Shown: positions 9,811-19,521 of the stretch, piece after piece | Layout: every line of letters begins with the position of its first letter | Position numbering within the stretch: the first letter of the stretch is position 1 | Source of the DNA: Candidatus Woesearchaeota archaeon | GTDB lineage: Archaea; Nanobdellota; Nanobdellia; Woesearchaeales; GW2011-AR9 | Length of the DNA stretch: 64,000 nucleotides | Assembly: GCA_018303445.1 (NCBI GenBank) | Contig: JAGVYE010000001.1 | Coordinates: forward strand, 2,571 to 66,570 | Direction of reading: 5' to 3' | Translations under genes and position numbers: made by a program | The notes under the pieces: model-generated | Told to the model about the DNA's origin: nothing | The model's input: only the letters and a program-made list of their open reading frames with translations | Databases searched by the model: none

Positions 9811-10169
9811 TTTTGTTCTTCCTCTTCCAGTGGCTCTTCATCTTCTTCAGAAGATTCTTCATCTTGCGTCTCCGCAGAGTCATCTTCAGCAGGCTCTTCA
9901 TCCCTTTGTTGTCTGCCAGATGAGGATTCTTGAGTTTGAGGAATATCTGTTCGCTCGCTGCCTTTTTGCAGTAGTTGAACATTCTCCGCTTTCAAACCAC
10001 GATCTCCTTCAACCGCTTCAAATGAAACGCGGTCGTTATCCCTTAGGAATACTCCTCGTGGAACGGCTGTAAAGTGGACAAAATAGTCCTGTCCGTTGCT
10101 TCCACTGATGAAACCAAAACCTTTTTTCCTGTTAAAAAATTTTACGGTACCTTCTATTCTATTACTCAT
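9807..10169 (-). CDS. Cold-shock domain (CspA family) protein with ~50-aa acidic C-terminal tail
   Basis: 'GTVKFFNRKKGFGFISGSNGQDYFVHFTAV' contains the RNP1/RNP2-like cold-shock-domain motifs. The C-terminus is 'EEPAEDDSAETQDEESSEEDEEPLEEEEQN'. Confidence 0.7.
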   Translation of the reverse strand: MSNRIEGTVKFFNRKKGFGFISGSNGQDYFVHFTAVPRGVFLRDNDRVSFEAVEGDRGLKAENVQLLQKGSERTDIPQTQESSSGRQQRDEEPAEDDSAETQDEESSEEDEEPLEEEEQN

Positions 10170-10345
10170 TTTCTTCGTTCCTCCAATCTGCTACACGTTT
10201 CTGTAGCTCTTTTTGGTCCTGTTTCTAGGCTATTTTATAAAGATTTGCGTTAAATTTTAAGCAATGTTTATATAAGCAGGATTTTCCTGAGGTTTGAAGA
10301 GTGGAATGTGCAATGAGGTAGTGAACACCCACTGAGTTTACAACG

Positions 10346-10948
10346 ATGATGAACGGTAGTAACTTCCAAGCACACACAAATCATCATATAATGGCTAATA
10401 TTTTCATTATTCATGGATACGGCGGTTATTCTAGAGAAAATTGGTTTTCCTCGCTAAAAGAGGAATTAGAGAAATTAGGGCATCAGGTTATTATTCCTGA
10501 TTTTCCGAATCCTGGAGCGCCTCTATTGAAAAGCTGGCTGGTTTTTTTTGAGAAGTATTCTCCTGAAATAGATGAAAACAGTATCATTATCGGCCATAGT
10601 CTTGGGGGAGCTTTTTTATTATCATTATTAGAAAAACGTAGACTGAAGGCAGCATTTTTCGTTGCGACAGTATCCGGACCAATAAATCACGAAGTCGATG
10701 ACTTCATAAAAACATTTACCCATAAACTATTTAACTGGAAGAAGATAACAGGGAATTGTAATCAATTTTATGTTTTACATTCTGATAAAGATCCTTACAT
10801 TCCGTTACAACAAGCGGAAAGCCTGGCGATTAATCTTAATACTAAAGTTATTATGATTAAAAATGGGGGTCATTTAAACAGTAAAGCTGGCTTTAAAACT
10901 TTCCCTTTATTGCTGGAAAAAGTGGTTAGGGTAGCTTCTATAAGATAA
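10346..10948 (+). CDS. Alpha/beta hydrolase, RBBP9/YdeN-like serine hydrolase
   Basis: 'IFIIHGYGG' and nucleophile elbow 'IIGHSLGG'. About 190 aa. Confidence 0.5.
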   Translation: MMNGSNFQAHTNHHIMANIFIIHGYGGYSRENWFSSLKEELEKLGHQVIIPDFPNPGAPLLKSWLVFFEKYSPEIDENSIIIGHSLGGAFLLSLLEKRRLKAAFFVATVSGPINHEVDDFIKTFTHKLFNWKKITGNCNQFYVLHSDKDPYIPLQQAESLAINLNTKVIMIKNGGHLNSKAGFKTFPLLLEKVVRVASIR

Positions 10949-10949
10949 A

Positions 10950-12161
10950 CTATCCAAAAAATTCATCCTTTACATTATCTTCTTCCTCTAATCTTACTTT
11001 TTCAATGGCTTGCTGGAAATCATTCTGGGTGACATATTCTCGGTCTTCTCTAATAGCAAAGAAACCGGCTTCTGTACAGGCGGCGCGTATTTCCGCTCCG
11101 GTAAAGTTTTCCATAGCTTTGACGACGGCTTTTACGCTAACTTTTTGTAAATTCATTTTTCTAGTGTGGACTTTGAAAATTTCTAAGCGACCATCTTCAT
11201 CAGGAATGCCGATTTCAATGAGGCGATCCAATCTTCCTGGGCGAATAATTGCCGGATCCAGTATATCAAGGCGGTTTGTTGCACCAATGACTTTTACATT
11301 ACCTAAAGGGTCAAAGCCATCAACCTCGGCAAGGAGCTGCATGAAAGTCCTGTTTACTTCTCTTTCTCCTGACGTTCCAGTGTCCATGCGAACCGCGGCA
11401 AGAGCATCAATTTCATCAATAAAAATAATCGCAGGAGCCTTACTCTTTGCTAATATGAAAATGTCTTTTACAAGTTTCGCGCCTTCTCCAATAAATTTCT
11501 GGACTAGTTCCGAGCCAACTACTTCAATAAAAGTGGCATTTGTACTATGGGCAACAGCCTTTGCCAGGAGTGTTTTTCCTGTGCCGGGAGGGCCAAATAA
11601 GAGAATTCCTTTAGGGGGAGTAATCCCCACTTTTTCAAATAATTTTGGTTTTGTAATGGGCAGTTCAATAACTTCTTTGATCTCAGCTACTTCTTTCTTA
11701 AGGCCGCCAATCTCTTTCCAGCTTTCAGGGGGTTTTTCTACAATAACAAATTTTTCCACTTCAAGATTACTGGAGACATTTACTTTCTTAACGATATTCA
11801 ATGTTTTTTGGTCGACGAGGACGCAATCTCCACTTTGCAGATCTTTGACTTCTTTGGCAATATAACAATAAAATTTATTCCCATTAGGCAATTTAATGAC
11901 ACTTTTATCATCATGGAGACTAATTACATCGGCAACAAGTAAAGCTGGTTTTTTTAAATTATTTAGTTCCGTATTGGCATTATTAAATAATTCTCTCAGC
12001 AGGGAACTTTCTTCTTCTAAGCGAGCTAAAGTTTTAGCGATAATTTGGTTTTCCTGCTCTAATTTTTGCACCGTTGTCGCTAGTATTTTACTGTCTTCTA
12101 GGTCATTACTAGTGAGTTCTTCAGAATAAATAATTTTTTTTTCTGTTTCGTCCTTTGACAT
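10950..12161 (-). CDS. pan: Proteasome-activating nucleotidase (AAA+ ATPase)
   Basis: N-terminal coiled coil, Walker A 'GPPGTGKT', Walker B 'IIFIDEID', 403 aa. Confidence 0.85.
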   Translation of the reverse strand: MSKDETEKKIIYSEELTSNDLEDSKILATTVQKLEQENQIIAKTLARLEEESSLLRELFNNANTELNNLKKPALLVADVISLHDDKSVIKLPNGNKFYCYIAKEVKDLQSGDCVLVDQKTLNIVKKVNVSSNLEVEKFVIVEKPPESWKEIGGLKKEVAEIKEVIELPITKPKLFEKVGITPPKGILLFGPPGTGKTLLAKAVAHSTNATFIEVVGSELVQKFIGEGAKLVKDIFILAKSKAPAIIFIDEIDALAAVRMDTGTSGEREVNRTFMQLLAEVDGFDPLGNVKVIGATNRLDILDPAIIRPGRLDRLIEIGIPDEDGRLEIFKVHTRKMNLQKVSVKAVVKAMENFTGAEIRAACTEAGFFAIREDREYVTQNDFQQAIEKVRLEEEDNVKDEFFG

Positions 12162-12283
12162 AATTTATTGAATCTCTTTGCTCTTTTTAAATCTTTATGA
12201 TGGTCCGATTATGGAATGAAAACAAGATGTCTTCTTCACTCCTCTTAGAAAACTATTTATATTCAATCAACACTTAAAATATT

Positions 12284-13471
12284 ATGAACGCAACGCAAAA
12301 GAATAATACTCTGAAAACTTTGGCAAAATTGCTTATCAAAAATAAACAAAGTATTATTGACAGCAACCAACAAGATCTTTCTGCCTGCCGGAATATTGAG
12401 GAATCAATGCTTGATAGATTGAAAGTTGATGAGAATAAAATCTTAGGAATGATTTCTGCTCTTAATTTTGCGATAAAATCTGATGATCCTGAAGGAAAAA
12501 TATTGTATTCTTATGTTCACCGGAATGGTCTAAAAATTGAAAATAAAACTGTTCCATTCGGCAAGATCATGATTATTTATGAATCAAGGCCAGATGTAAC
12601 AATCGAGGCAGCCATAACTGCTTTCAAGGCCGGGAATAAGATTTTATTAAAGGGAGGCAAAGAAGCCAGAAAGACTAATATGCTTTTGGCAAAACTCTGG
12701 CAAGAGGCACTATCTCTAAATGGACTGGATAAGAATTATGTAGTCTACTTAGACCTCACGAGAGAAGAAACGCAAGATTTAATTAAAAGTAATAATCATC
12801 ACCTTAATTTAATTATTCCAAGAGGCGGAGAGGAGCTTATTAACTTCGTTACACGCAATACAAATATCCCCGTGATAGTAAGTGGAAGAGGGAATAATTT
12901 TCTGTATGTGGATAAAGAATCTGACTTTGAGATGGCTATTAAAATTATACTAAATGGAAAACAAAGAGTAAGTGTTTGTAATGCTTTGGATAAAGTCCTT
13001 ATCCATAAAGAGATCCCAAATATCAAATTAAAGATATCAAATCTAGTCAATAAATTAAAAGTGAATAACATTAAAGTGTTGGGAGATAAAGCTATTTGCA
13101 GATTGAACAGGCAAGTACGGGAAATTGAGGACGAAGCAATATTCTATGAAGAATTTTTATCTTCTAAAATGTTATTAACCATAGTAAAAAATAATCCTGA
13201 AGCTATTAATCTTATTAACAAATATTCCGGTGGACATTCGGCAAGTATAATTACCACCAAAATTCAGACGGCACTAAAATTTCAAAATGAAGTTGATTGT
13301 GCGGTTGTCTACCATAACGCTTCGACGAGATTTACGGACGGCGGCCAATTCGGATTTGGAGCTGAAATAGCAATAAGCACGCAAAAACTTCATTTTAGAG
13401 GTCCAATTGGGATTAATCAGTTAGTTACTAACAAATGGTTCGTTTATGGAGATGGCCAAATAAGAGAATAA
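12284..13471 (+). CDS. proA: Gamma-glutamyl phosphate reductase (glutamate-5-semialdehyde dehydrogenase)
   Basis: 395 aa aldehyde-dehydrogenase-like with a 'VCNALD' region. Immediately followed by proB and proC. Confidence 0.7.
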   Translation: MNATQKNNTLKTLAKLLIKNKQSIIDSNQQDLSACRNIEESMLDRLKVDENKILGMISALNFAIKSDDPEGKILYSYVHRNGLKIENKTVPFGKIMIIYESRPDVTIEAAITAFKAGNKILLKGGKEARKTNMLLAKLWQEALSLNGLDKNYVVYLDLTREETQDLIKSNNHHLNLIIPRGGEELINFVTRNTNIPVIVSGRGNNFLYVDKESDFEMAIKIILNGKQRVSVCNALDKVLIHKEIPNIKLKISNLVNKLKVNNIKVLGDKAICRLNRQVREIEDEAIFYEEFLSSKMLLTIVKNNPEAINLINKYSGGHSASIITTKIQTALKFQNEVDCAVVYHNASTRFTDGGQFGFGAEIAISTQKLHFRGPIGINQLVTNKWFVYGDGQIRE

Positions 13472-13495
13472 AATTATACTTTAGGTGAAAAAATT

Positions 13496-14257
13496 ATGAA
13501 AAAGAAATTAATTGTAAAAATAGGCACTTCAACGCTTACGCAAGGTTCAAATAGAATTTCATACGGAAAAATTGAAGATATCGCAAGACAAATAGTCCTG
13601 CTAAAAAAAGATTACAATGTGATTTTAGTTTCTTCTGGCGCTATAGCAACCGCAAAGCAATTTGTGGATATTAATGGATTTCATAAACAGGTAGATTCAA
13701 AACAAGCAATGGCGGCAATTGGACAACCTAAATTAATGAGAATCTATGATGAAATTTTTAGTAGTTTTGGCTTAAAAGTATCTCAATGCTTAATGACCTA
13801 CAGAGATTTTGAAAACGTCGCAGCCAAAGTAAATACTCAGAAAACAATTATAAAATTATTAGAGCATGACTACATTCCTATTATTAATGAAAACGATACA
13901 GTCGCAATTGAAGAAATAGTTTTTGGTGATAATGATAAATTGTCCGCGCTTGTGGCATCAGTTATAAAAGCAGATTTATTAATCCTCGTTTCGGATATTA
14001 ATGGCTTATATGACCAAAATCCTCACCTAAATAAAGAGGCAAAATTCATAAAAGAGGTAACAGATTTAAAACAGGTTGTATCTTTTGCCAAAGAGAAGAA
14101 ATCTGATCTCGGAACTGGGGGGATGACTTCAAAAATTCAGGCCGCGGAAATTTGTAAAGAGAATAATATTGAGATGTGGATTGTTAATGGGGGGAAAAAT
14201 AATTTTTTGATTGATGCCCTTCACAACAAAATACTTTTTACAAAATTTAGGTTTTAA
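13496..14257 (+). CDS. proB: Glutamate 5-kinase (short form, no PUA domain)
   Basis: 'LIVKIGTSTLT' and 'VILVSSGAIA' are amino-acid-kinase family motifs. 253 aa. Confidence 0.75.
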   Translation: MKKKLIVKIGTSTLTQGSNRISYGKIEDIARQIVLLKKDYNVILVSSGAIATAKQFVDINGFHKQVDSKQAMAAIGQPKLMRIYDEIFSSFGLKVSQCLMTYRDFENVAAKVNTQKTIIKLLEHDYIPIINENDTVAIEEIVFGDNDKLSALVASVIKADLLILVSDINGLYDQNPHLNKEAKFIKEVTDLKQVVSFAKEKKSDLGTGGMTSKIQAAEICKENNIEMWIVNGGKNNFLIDALHNKILFTKFRF

Positions 14258-14260
14258 AAT

Positions 14261-15034
14261 ATGAAGCATGGCTTTATAGGATTTGGAAATTTAGGAAAAG
14301 CTATTTACCAAGGCTTAAAAGATAATAAAGGGCATTCTTTTGCTTATGCGTCTAAAAGTAATTTACATACGGGAATTAAATCATTTGGGAATCTATCGCA
14401 ATTAACTTCTTTTGCGGATGTTATTTGGTTATGTATCCAGCCTCAAAATCTTATAGAAGTATTGACGCAGCTTAAGAGCATTAATCTTAAAGATAAAGTG
14501 ATCGTGTCCCCTGTCGCAGGAAAGAGTATTAGCGTTATTGAAAATTATGTAGGTAAAAATGTAACTATAGTAAGAATTATGCCCAATCTCGCAGTCGCCT
14601 ACAAAAAATCAGTAACGGCATATTGTACAAACAATAAACAAGCTAAACTTTTTAAGTCCGTAAAAAAAAATTTGATGACCTTAGGTAAAGTAGTGGAATT
14701 ACCAGAAAGACATTTTGATTTATTTACTGCGATCTTTGGGAGCGGGCCAGCATTTTTATTAACGATACTACAAGCGCTAAAAAATAAAATAAGCGAATTG
14801 GGAATATCAGACCGTGAGGCCAATGATTTACTAATAGAATTAATAATTGGCACTATCACTTATTTCAAAGAAAATTGCACTCAAAAAAGCATTGATAATT
14901 TAATAAAAGACATTACCAGCAAAGGAGGCACAACAGAAGCGGGATTGAACTATCTTAGGAAGAACAATTTAGATCAATTATTTGAAAAAGTGATCCTTGA
15001 GGCCCAAAAAAAATCTAAAGAGATTGATAAGTGA
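14261..15034 (+). CDS. proC: Pyrroline-5-carboxylate reductase
   Basis: 'FIGFGNLGKAI' NADP-binding Rossmann motif. 257 aa. Third gene of the pro operon. Confidence 0.7.
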   Translation: MKHGFIGFGNLGKAIYQGLKDNKGHSFAYASKSNLHTGIKSFGNLSQLTSFADVIWLCIQPQNLIEVLTQLKSINLKDKVIVSPVAGKSISVIENYVGKNVTIVRIMPNLAVAYKKSVTAYCTNNKQAKLFKSVKKNLMTLGKVVELPERHFDLFTAIFGSGPAFLLTILQALKNKISELGISDREANDLLIELIIGTITYFKENCTQKSIDNLIKDITSKGGTTEAGLNYLRKNNLDQLFEKVILEAQKKSKEIDK

Positions 15035-15198
15035 AGAGTTTTAGGCTCGGGCATTCACTTATTTTTATTCTTCTCTGCCTCTCGCGTCCAAAAATAAATT
15101 TATATCCATTAAAGAAAAAGCTCATCAAATAAAAAAAGAAACTTTTAAAAAGGCAAAGTCATTTCTTCATTAAAGAAAAACAGAAAAGAGGTGTAATA

Positions 15199-15282
15199 AT
15201 GGCGAAAAAAGTGCGAAGAGCTAAAAAGTCTGGAAAGCGTAAATCTTCTAAGAAAAGATCATCACGACGACGAAAGCGCTAG
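15199..15282 (+). CDS. Unannotated small ORF: 27-aa highly basic peptide MAKKVRRAKKSGKRKSSKKRSSRRRKR
   Basis: Shine-Dalgarno-like 'aagaGGTGtaataATG' 6 nt upstream. Below the ORF-track length cut-off. Intergenic location. Confidence 0.3.
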   Translation: MAKKVRRAKKSGKRKSSKKRSSRRRKR

Positions 15283-15310
15283 TTTCTATTCCTATTTCTT
15301 TTTTTTATTT

Positions 15311-17287
15311 TTATGAAAAAGTTTTTAGAATCCCGTTGAAAAATAATTTTACTTTATCCATCAGAGAAGTTGCTTTTCCTTCCGCTCTTGCTTCTTGGGT
15401 TGCAGAATGCGATCTTCCATCTTGGTCCTGCCAAGTGGCGGTAATTTTAAATGTGTTTTTTCGACTTAGAGGAAGATCTTGCAAGTCTAACATTAATTTT
15501 TGTTCATTTTCTAATCTATCAATGTTCCATTCGTTAATAAAGCCTGGTCCTTCAAGAACAATAACAATCTTTTGGGGAATAGCAACAGAGGTTCTTTTTA
15601 AATTGATGGCTACAGAAAAGGGATTATTATAATGCAAAACTTCAGGCACTTGGACGTTTATGCTGATGTCGGCATCATCGCTGACAAAAAATTCTACTGA
15701 TGTTCTTTTTTCGACAAGATTATTTTCTGCGCTTACGATGACCTTATCCCATCCCGCTGTCGATGTGGTTTTGGAGATCACTTTTGTTTTTTCTTGGTTT
15801 GATGGAAGGTCAATGGTTCCACATTCACTATCAAGGCAGAACTTAAGGTCATAAAGGTTAGTGGTTCCTGCGTTTTTCGTAGTGCAGGTAACTTCAACAA
15901 CCTGATCTTTTCGCACATTTTGTGGCGCAGAGCATTTTAGAGAAAGAAATTGCGAGTATCCTTTTTCTTCGTTTACGACGGTTAATTTTTTTAAGTCTGA
16001 CTGGGTATAAATAGTTTTTCCTACTCTCGCGTTGAAAGAGCCATTTACAAAAATTTCTTGCTCAGAATAGAGGGAAAAAGGGTAATTATAAGAAAAAGAA
16101 GGCTCAAGCGCCGAAGGAATTTTTACCAACCAGTATGTTTCTCTTGTTTCTCCTGGAGCGAGAAGGAGAGTACGACGATTACGCTCAATAATCTGCACTT
16201 CCTTGGGAACGGCAGCTTGAAGAGTAATAGCAGCGTAAAAATTTTCTTTGTTTTTAATCTTACCTTTGATAATGTCGTGACTTCCTTCTCCGATTTCAGA
16301 AGCGAGGACTTCTTGTTGTAATTCAATAGGCACTGGTTCTATTTCACCCTTACTGAAAACATTAGTTTTAAATTTAAGTTCGCTTGCTTCTAATCTTACA
16401 TTGTTTGACCGCCATTCATATTTGGTGTCAGGTTCTGAAGGATCGAATCCATCCCGCAGTTTAATATGGGTAGCATCTATGTATCCATATTCGCCAAAAG
16501 TAATATCAAAACTTACCCAACCTACAGAAGGAAAGTAAACTTCTGCCCACCCGTGAGGCTGCCATGGATTCTGAAAAAGAGTGGAGGTGGTATAACTTAC
16601 GCCTTTGACAAAACGCGCGGGAATTCCCAAGGAACGGACCATGGAGATAAATAACGCGGTCATTTCGTCACAAACTCCTTGCTTATTCTCAAGCACCCAA
16701 CTCGCCTTCTGCGTCGCATCCGACGTAAGAGTATTGAGGTCATAATTGATGGTGCGTTCCACCCATTCAGCGATATTAAAAACAACTTTGAAGAGATCTC
16801 CTTCATTCCCAGCAAGCTCCTTAGCTTTAGCTTTAATAAGAGGATGGTTTGAATCAATGGTTGTTGTCGGGTTAGCATATTCTTTATAGCCTTCTAAGTC
16901 TTTGTCAGAGAGAGGAAAAGAAATTTTCCTTTGAACTTCCTGTCGGGCACTGCCTGTACTAATAACAACTGTGTACCCAAAGTCTTTTGTTCCAAGTTGG
17001 CCATCTTTCCATTCATAAAGCACACCATCATCTTGCAGTTCTCCTGCATTTTGGATCTTAGAGACTTGCTGGCGTGAATCTTCTTTTGGGAACAACAGCA
17101 GCTTTGTGGAGGCTTCTTTCAGTGATGCTCCATTGCCTTCTGCGATTAAATCTACTTGACCTTTAACTTCGAAATCTATTTCTAATGATTTATATAAATA
17201 CAGGTTTTCTTTCTCAGCAAGGAGAGAAGGAAGAGATGAAAGAAGAAGTAAAAGCAAGATGATCCTTTTGAGAAGGATAGTTTTCAT
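15311..17287 (-). CDS. Large secreted transglutaminase-like cysteine protease superfamily protein
   Basis: N-terminal signal peptide. Cys-His-Asp core: 'QGVCDEMTALFISMVRSLGIPARFV', 'HGWAEVYF', 'WVSFD'. Confidence 0.6.
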   Translation of the reverse strand: MKTILLKRIILLLLLLSSLPSLLAEKENLYLYKSLEIDFEVKGQVDLIAEGNGASLKEASTKLLLFPKEDSRQQVSKIQNAGELQDDGVLYEWKDGQLGTKDFGYTVVISTGSARQEVQRKISFPLSDKDLEGYKEYANPTTTIDSNHPLIKAKAKELAGNEGDLFKVVFNIAEWVERTINYDLNTLTSDATQKASWVLENKQGVCDEMTALFISMVRSLGIPARFVKGVSYTTSTLFQNPWQPHGWAEVYFPSVGWVSFDITFGEYGYIDATHIKLRDGFDPSEPDTKYEWRSNNVRLEASELKFKTNVFSKGEIEPVPIELQQEVLASEIGEGSHDIIKGKIKNKENFYAAITLQAAVPKEVQIIERNRRTLLLAPGETRETYWLVKIPSALEPSFSYNYPFSLYSEQEIFVNGSFNARVGKTIYTQSDLKKLTVVNEEKGYSQFLSLKCSAPQNVRKDQVVEVTCTTKNAGTTNLYDLKFCLDSECGTIDLPSNQEKTKVISKTTSTAGWDKVIVSAENNLVEKRTSVEFFVSDDADISINVQVPEVLHYNNPFSVAINLKRTSVAIPQKIVIVLEGPGFINEWNIDRLENEQKLMLDLQDLPLSRKNTFKITATWQDQDGRSHSATQEARAEGKATSLMDKVKLFFNGILKTFS

Positions 17288-17356
17288 TCTTTCAGGAAGA
17301 ATAAATTAGGATATAAAGGTTACCTTTGAGAAGCTGTATAGGAAAGCAGTTTTTCA

Positions 17357-17905
17357 TTAATTTCTCTTCCTCAAAGCTTGTTCCAACCTTCCGGTTCTGC
17401 TTCTCACAAAATCAAACACGCTTTTTAGTGAAGGAAGAGAATAGCGGAAACAAAGCTCGACAGGGTCGATAAATGGGTTAGGGAGCTTTCTTTTGATGCT
17501 CAGGAGAGAAACGGGGGAGAGTTTTCTTTCATAAATAAAGAAGCCTAAATATTGCCGATGGGTAAAAGCTCCCGGTATAGAATATCCAGCTAAGCGTTCA
17601 AAAGATACTCTTAAAATAATCCCTTTTTCTGTAAAATGCTCATCCTGCCAATCAGTTTGGTTTTTGCAAAGATCATACCAGTCATCTCTTCCAATCATTT
17701 TGTCTAGTGGATCTGCACAAGAAGCGGTGAAGTTTGGATTACGGCTCATTGCAACATAAAGCTGTTCCTGTATCCAGGTGCTAAATGGTTTAGGATCATT
17801 CTGAAGGGGAAAGAAATTTCTTAAACTATCTTTTAAATCTAAAATGACCTTATCTATAGAATCTTCCCAAGGGTCTTGCCGCTGGTATATTTTCATTTTT
17901 TGCAT
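17357..17905 (-). CDS. Hypothetical protein
   Basis: 182-aa ORF with no recognisable motifs. Confidence 0.3.
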   Translation of the reverse strand: MQKMKIYQRQDPWEDSIDKVILDLKDSLRNFFPLQNDPKPFSTWIQEQLYVAMSRNPNFTASCADPLDKMIGRDDWYDLCKNQTDWQDEHFTEKGIILRVSFERLAGYSIPGAFTHRQYLGFFIYERKLSPVSLLSIKRKLPNPFIDPVELCFRYSLPSLKSVFDFVRSRTGRLEQALRKRN

Positions 17906-17998
17906 AAAACTAGCATAAAACTACCCCCTTATCTTTTCTTTCATTCTTTAAGAATTTCTCGGTAAATTTTTATAAATACACAAGATTCATCTCATAAA

Positions 17999-19426
17999 AT
18001 GAAAAGAAGTGGTGATTCCTTAACTAATAGAAGTAAAATTTCTGTTTATAATACTTTAAGCCGTAAGAAAGAGCAGTTTAGACCGCTATTTTCTGATAGT
18101 ATTCGCCTTTATACTTGCGGTCCAACAGTGTATAATTATGCGCATCTTGGAAATCTTCGCAGTTACATTTTTGAGGACATCTTAAAGCGCGTTCTTCTGT
18201 TTAATGGATACAAAGTAAAGCATGTCATGAATATTACTGATGTTGGCCATCTAACCTCCGATGCAGATGAAGGCGAAGATAAAATGTTGAAAGGAGCGCG
18301 TCGGGAAAAAAAAACAGTATGGGAAGTAGCAGAATTTTACACTCGCGCCTTCAAACAAGATATGAAGAAATTACATCTTCTTCCTCCAAATATTCTATGT
18401 AAAGCGACGGATCACATCACAGAACAAATTGAAATGGTCCAAATTCTGGAAAAGAAAGGGTTTACGTATTTTAGAGATGGGAACGTCTATTTTGACACTT
18501 CTAAATTAAAAGACTATGGGAAGTTGGCAAGCTTAAATTTGGCGAAGGAAAGAAGAGCTCGTGTAGAGAGTGATCTCAATAAAAAAAATCCTCACGATTT
18601 CGTGTTATGGTTTACAAAATCAAAGTTTCAGGAGCAGGAAATGAAATGGCCCTCTCCTTGGGGTCTAGAAGGTTATCCTGGCTGGCATATTGAGTGTTCA
18701 GCAATGGCCTCTAAATATCTGGGAGAACAATTTGACATTCATTGTGGTGGCATTGATCATATTCCCGTGCATCATACCAATGAAATAGCCCAATCAGAAG
18801 CTGCTTTTGGCAAAAAACCTTGGGTTAAATATTGGCTGCATAATGAATTCTTGGTTCTGGAAAAAGGAGAAAAGATGGCTAAGTCAGGAGAGAATTTCTG
18901 GACTGTCCAAAAAGTAGAAGAGAATGGCTTTAACCCTTTGGATTACCGTTATTTTTGTTTAGGAACACATTATCGGAAACCTATGTTGTTTAGCCTTGAA
19001 GGACTCGAAGGGGCAAAGAGTGCCAGAGAGAAGTTGTTTGAGAAAGTGCTGAAGATGAAATATTGTCATCATGGCAAAGATAGCAAGGCTCAAAAAGAAT
19101 ACTTGAAAAAGTTCACTTCGCAAGTTAATGATGATCTTAATACACCGCAAGCGTTAGCGACGATGTGGGAAGTTATGAAAGACGAAAAGTTAACGAACCA
19201 TAACCGCTATTTGTTACTTTTAGAATTCGATAAGATTTTTGGTTTAAATCTGGGAGAAATTAAAAAAGATGCCATTCCAGAAGAAATTATGAAGTTAGCG
19301 GAAGAGAGGCAGAAAGCCAGAAGAAAGAAAGATTGGAAGAAAGCCGATTTATTACGCGAAATGATTCAAGAAAAAGGTTATGACATTGGAGATATGCCCG
19401 AAGGATATGAGTTAAGGAAGAGATGA
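17999..19426 (+). CDS. cysS: Cysteinyl-tRNA synthetase
   Basis: 'CGPTVYNYAHLGNLRSY' (HIGH region) and 'KMAKSGEN' (KMSKS). 475 aa. Confidence 0.85.
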   Translation: MKRSGDSLTNRSKISVYNTLSRKKEQFRPLFSDSIRLYTCGPTVYNYAHLGNLRSYIFEDILKRVLLFNGYKVKHVMNITDVGHLTSDADEGEDKMLKGARREKKTVWEVAEFYTRAFKQDMKKLHLLPPNILCKATDHITEQIEMVQILEKKGFTYFRDGNVYFDTSKLKDYGKLASLNLAKERRARVESDLNKKNPHDFVLWFTKSKFQEQEMKWPSPWGLEGYPGWHIECSAMASKYLGEQFDIHCGGIDHIPVHHTNEIAQSEAAFGKKPWVKYWLHNEFLVLEKGEKMAKSGENFWTVQKVEENGFNPLDYRYFCLGTHYRKPMLFSLEGLEGAKSAREKLFEKVLKMKYCHHGKDSKAQKEYLKKFTSQVNDDLNTPQALATMWEVMKDEKLTNHNRYLLLLEFDKIFGLNLGEIKKDAIPEEIMKLAEERQKARRKKDWKKADLLREMIQEKGYDIGDMPEGYELRKR

Positions 19427-19521
19427 TTTTTTTGACTTCACCGTTTTTCATATACTTCTTTTTCATCGAAATCTTTAAAAATTAGGTATCCTATCTAAAA
19501 GAAGTAGGTGATGGATAACCC

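Noticed and set aside
11005-11865. Long antisense ORFs in the track (for example 11005..11865 inside pan, 3586..3996 inside gltX, 5838..6287 inside the cupredoxin gene, 42020..42598 inside guaB)
   Set aside because: They lie entirely within strongly supported conserved genes on the opposite strand and have low-complexity Ser/Phe/Thr-rich translations typical of antisense frames. They are spurious.
12284-15034. proA, proB and proC all lie in the same reading frame, separated by single stop codons, suggesting a fused ancestral polyprotein
   Set aside because: The probability of this by chance is about 1/9. The stops are TAA/TAA and each gene has its own start with a Shine-Dalgarno-like sequence. 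This is most likely coincidence.
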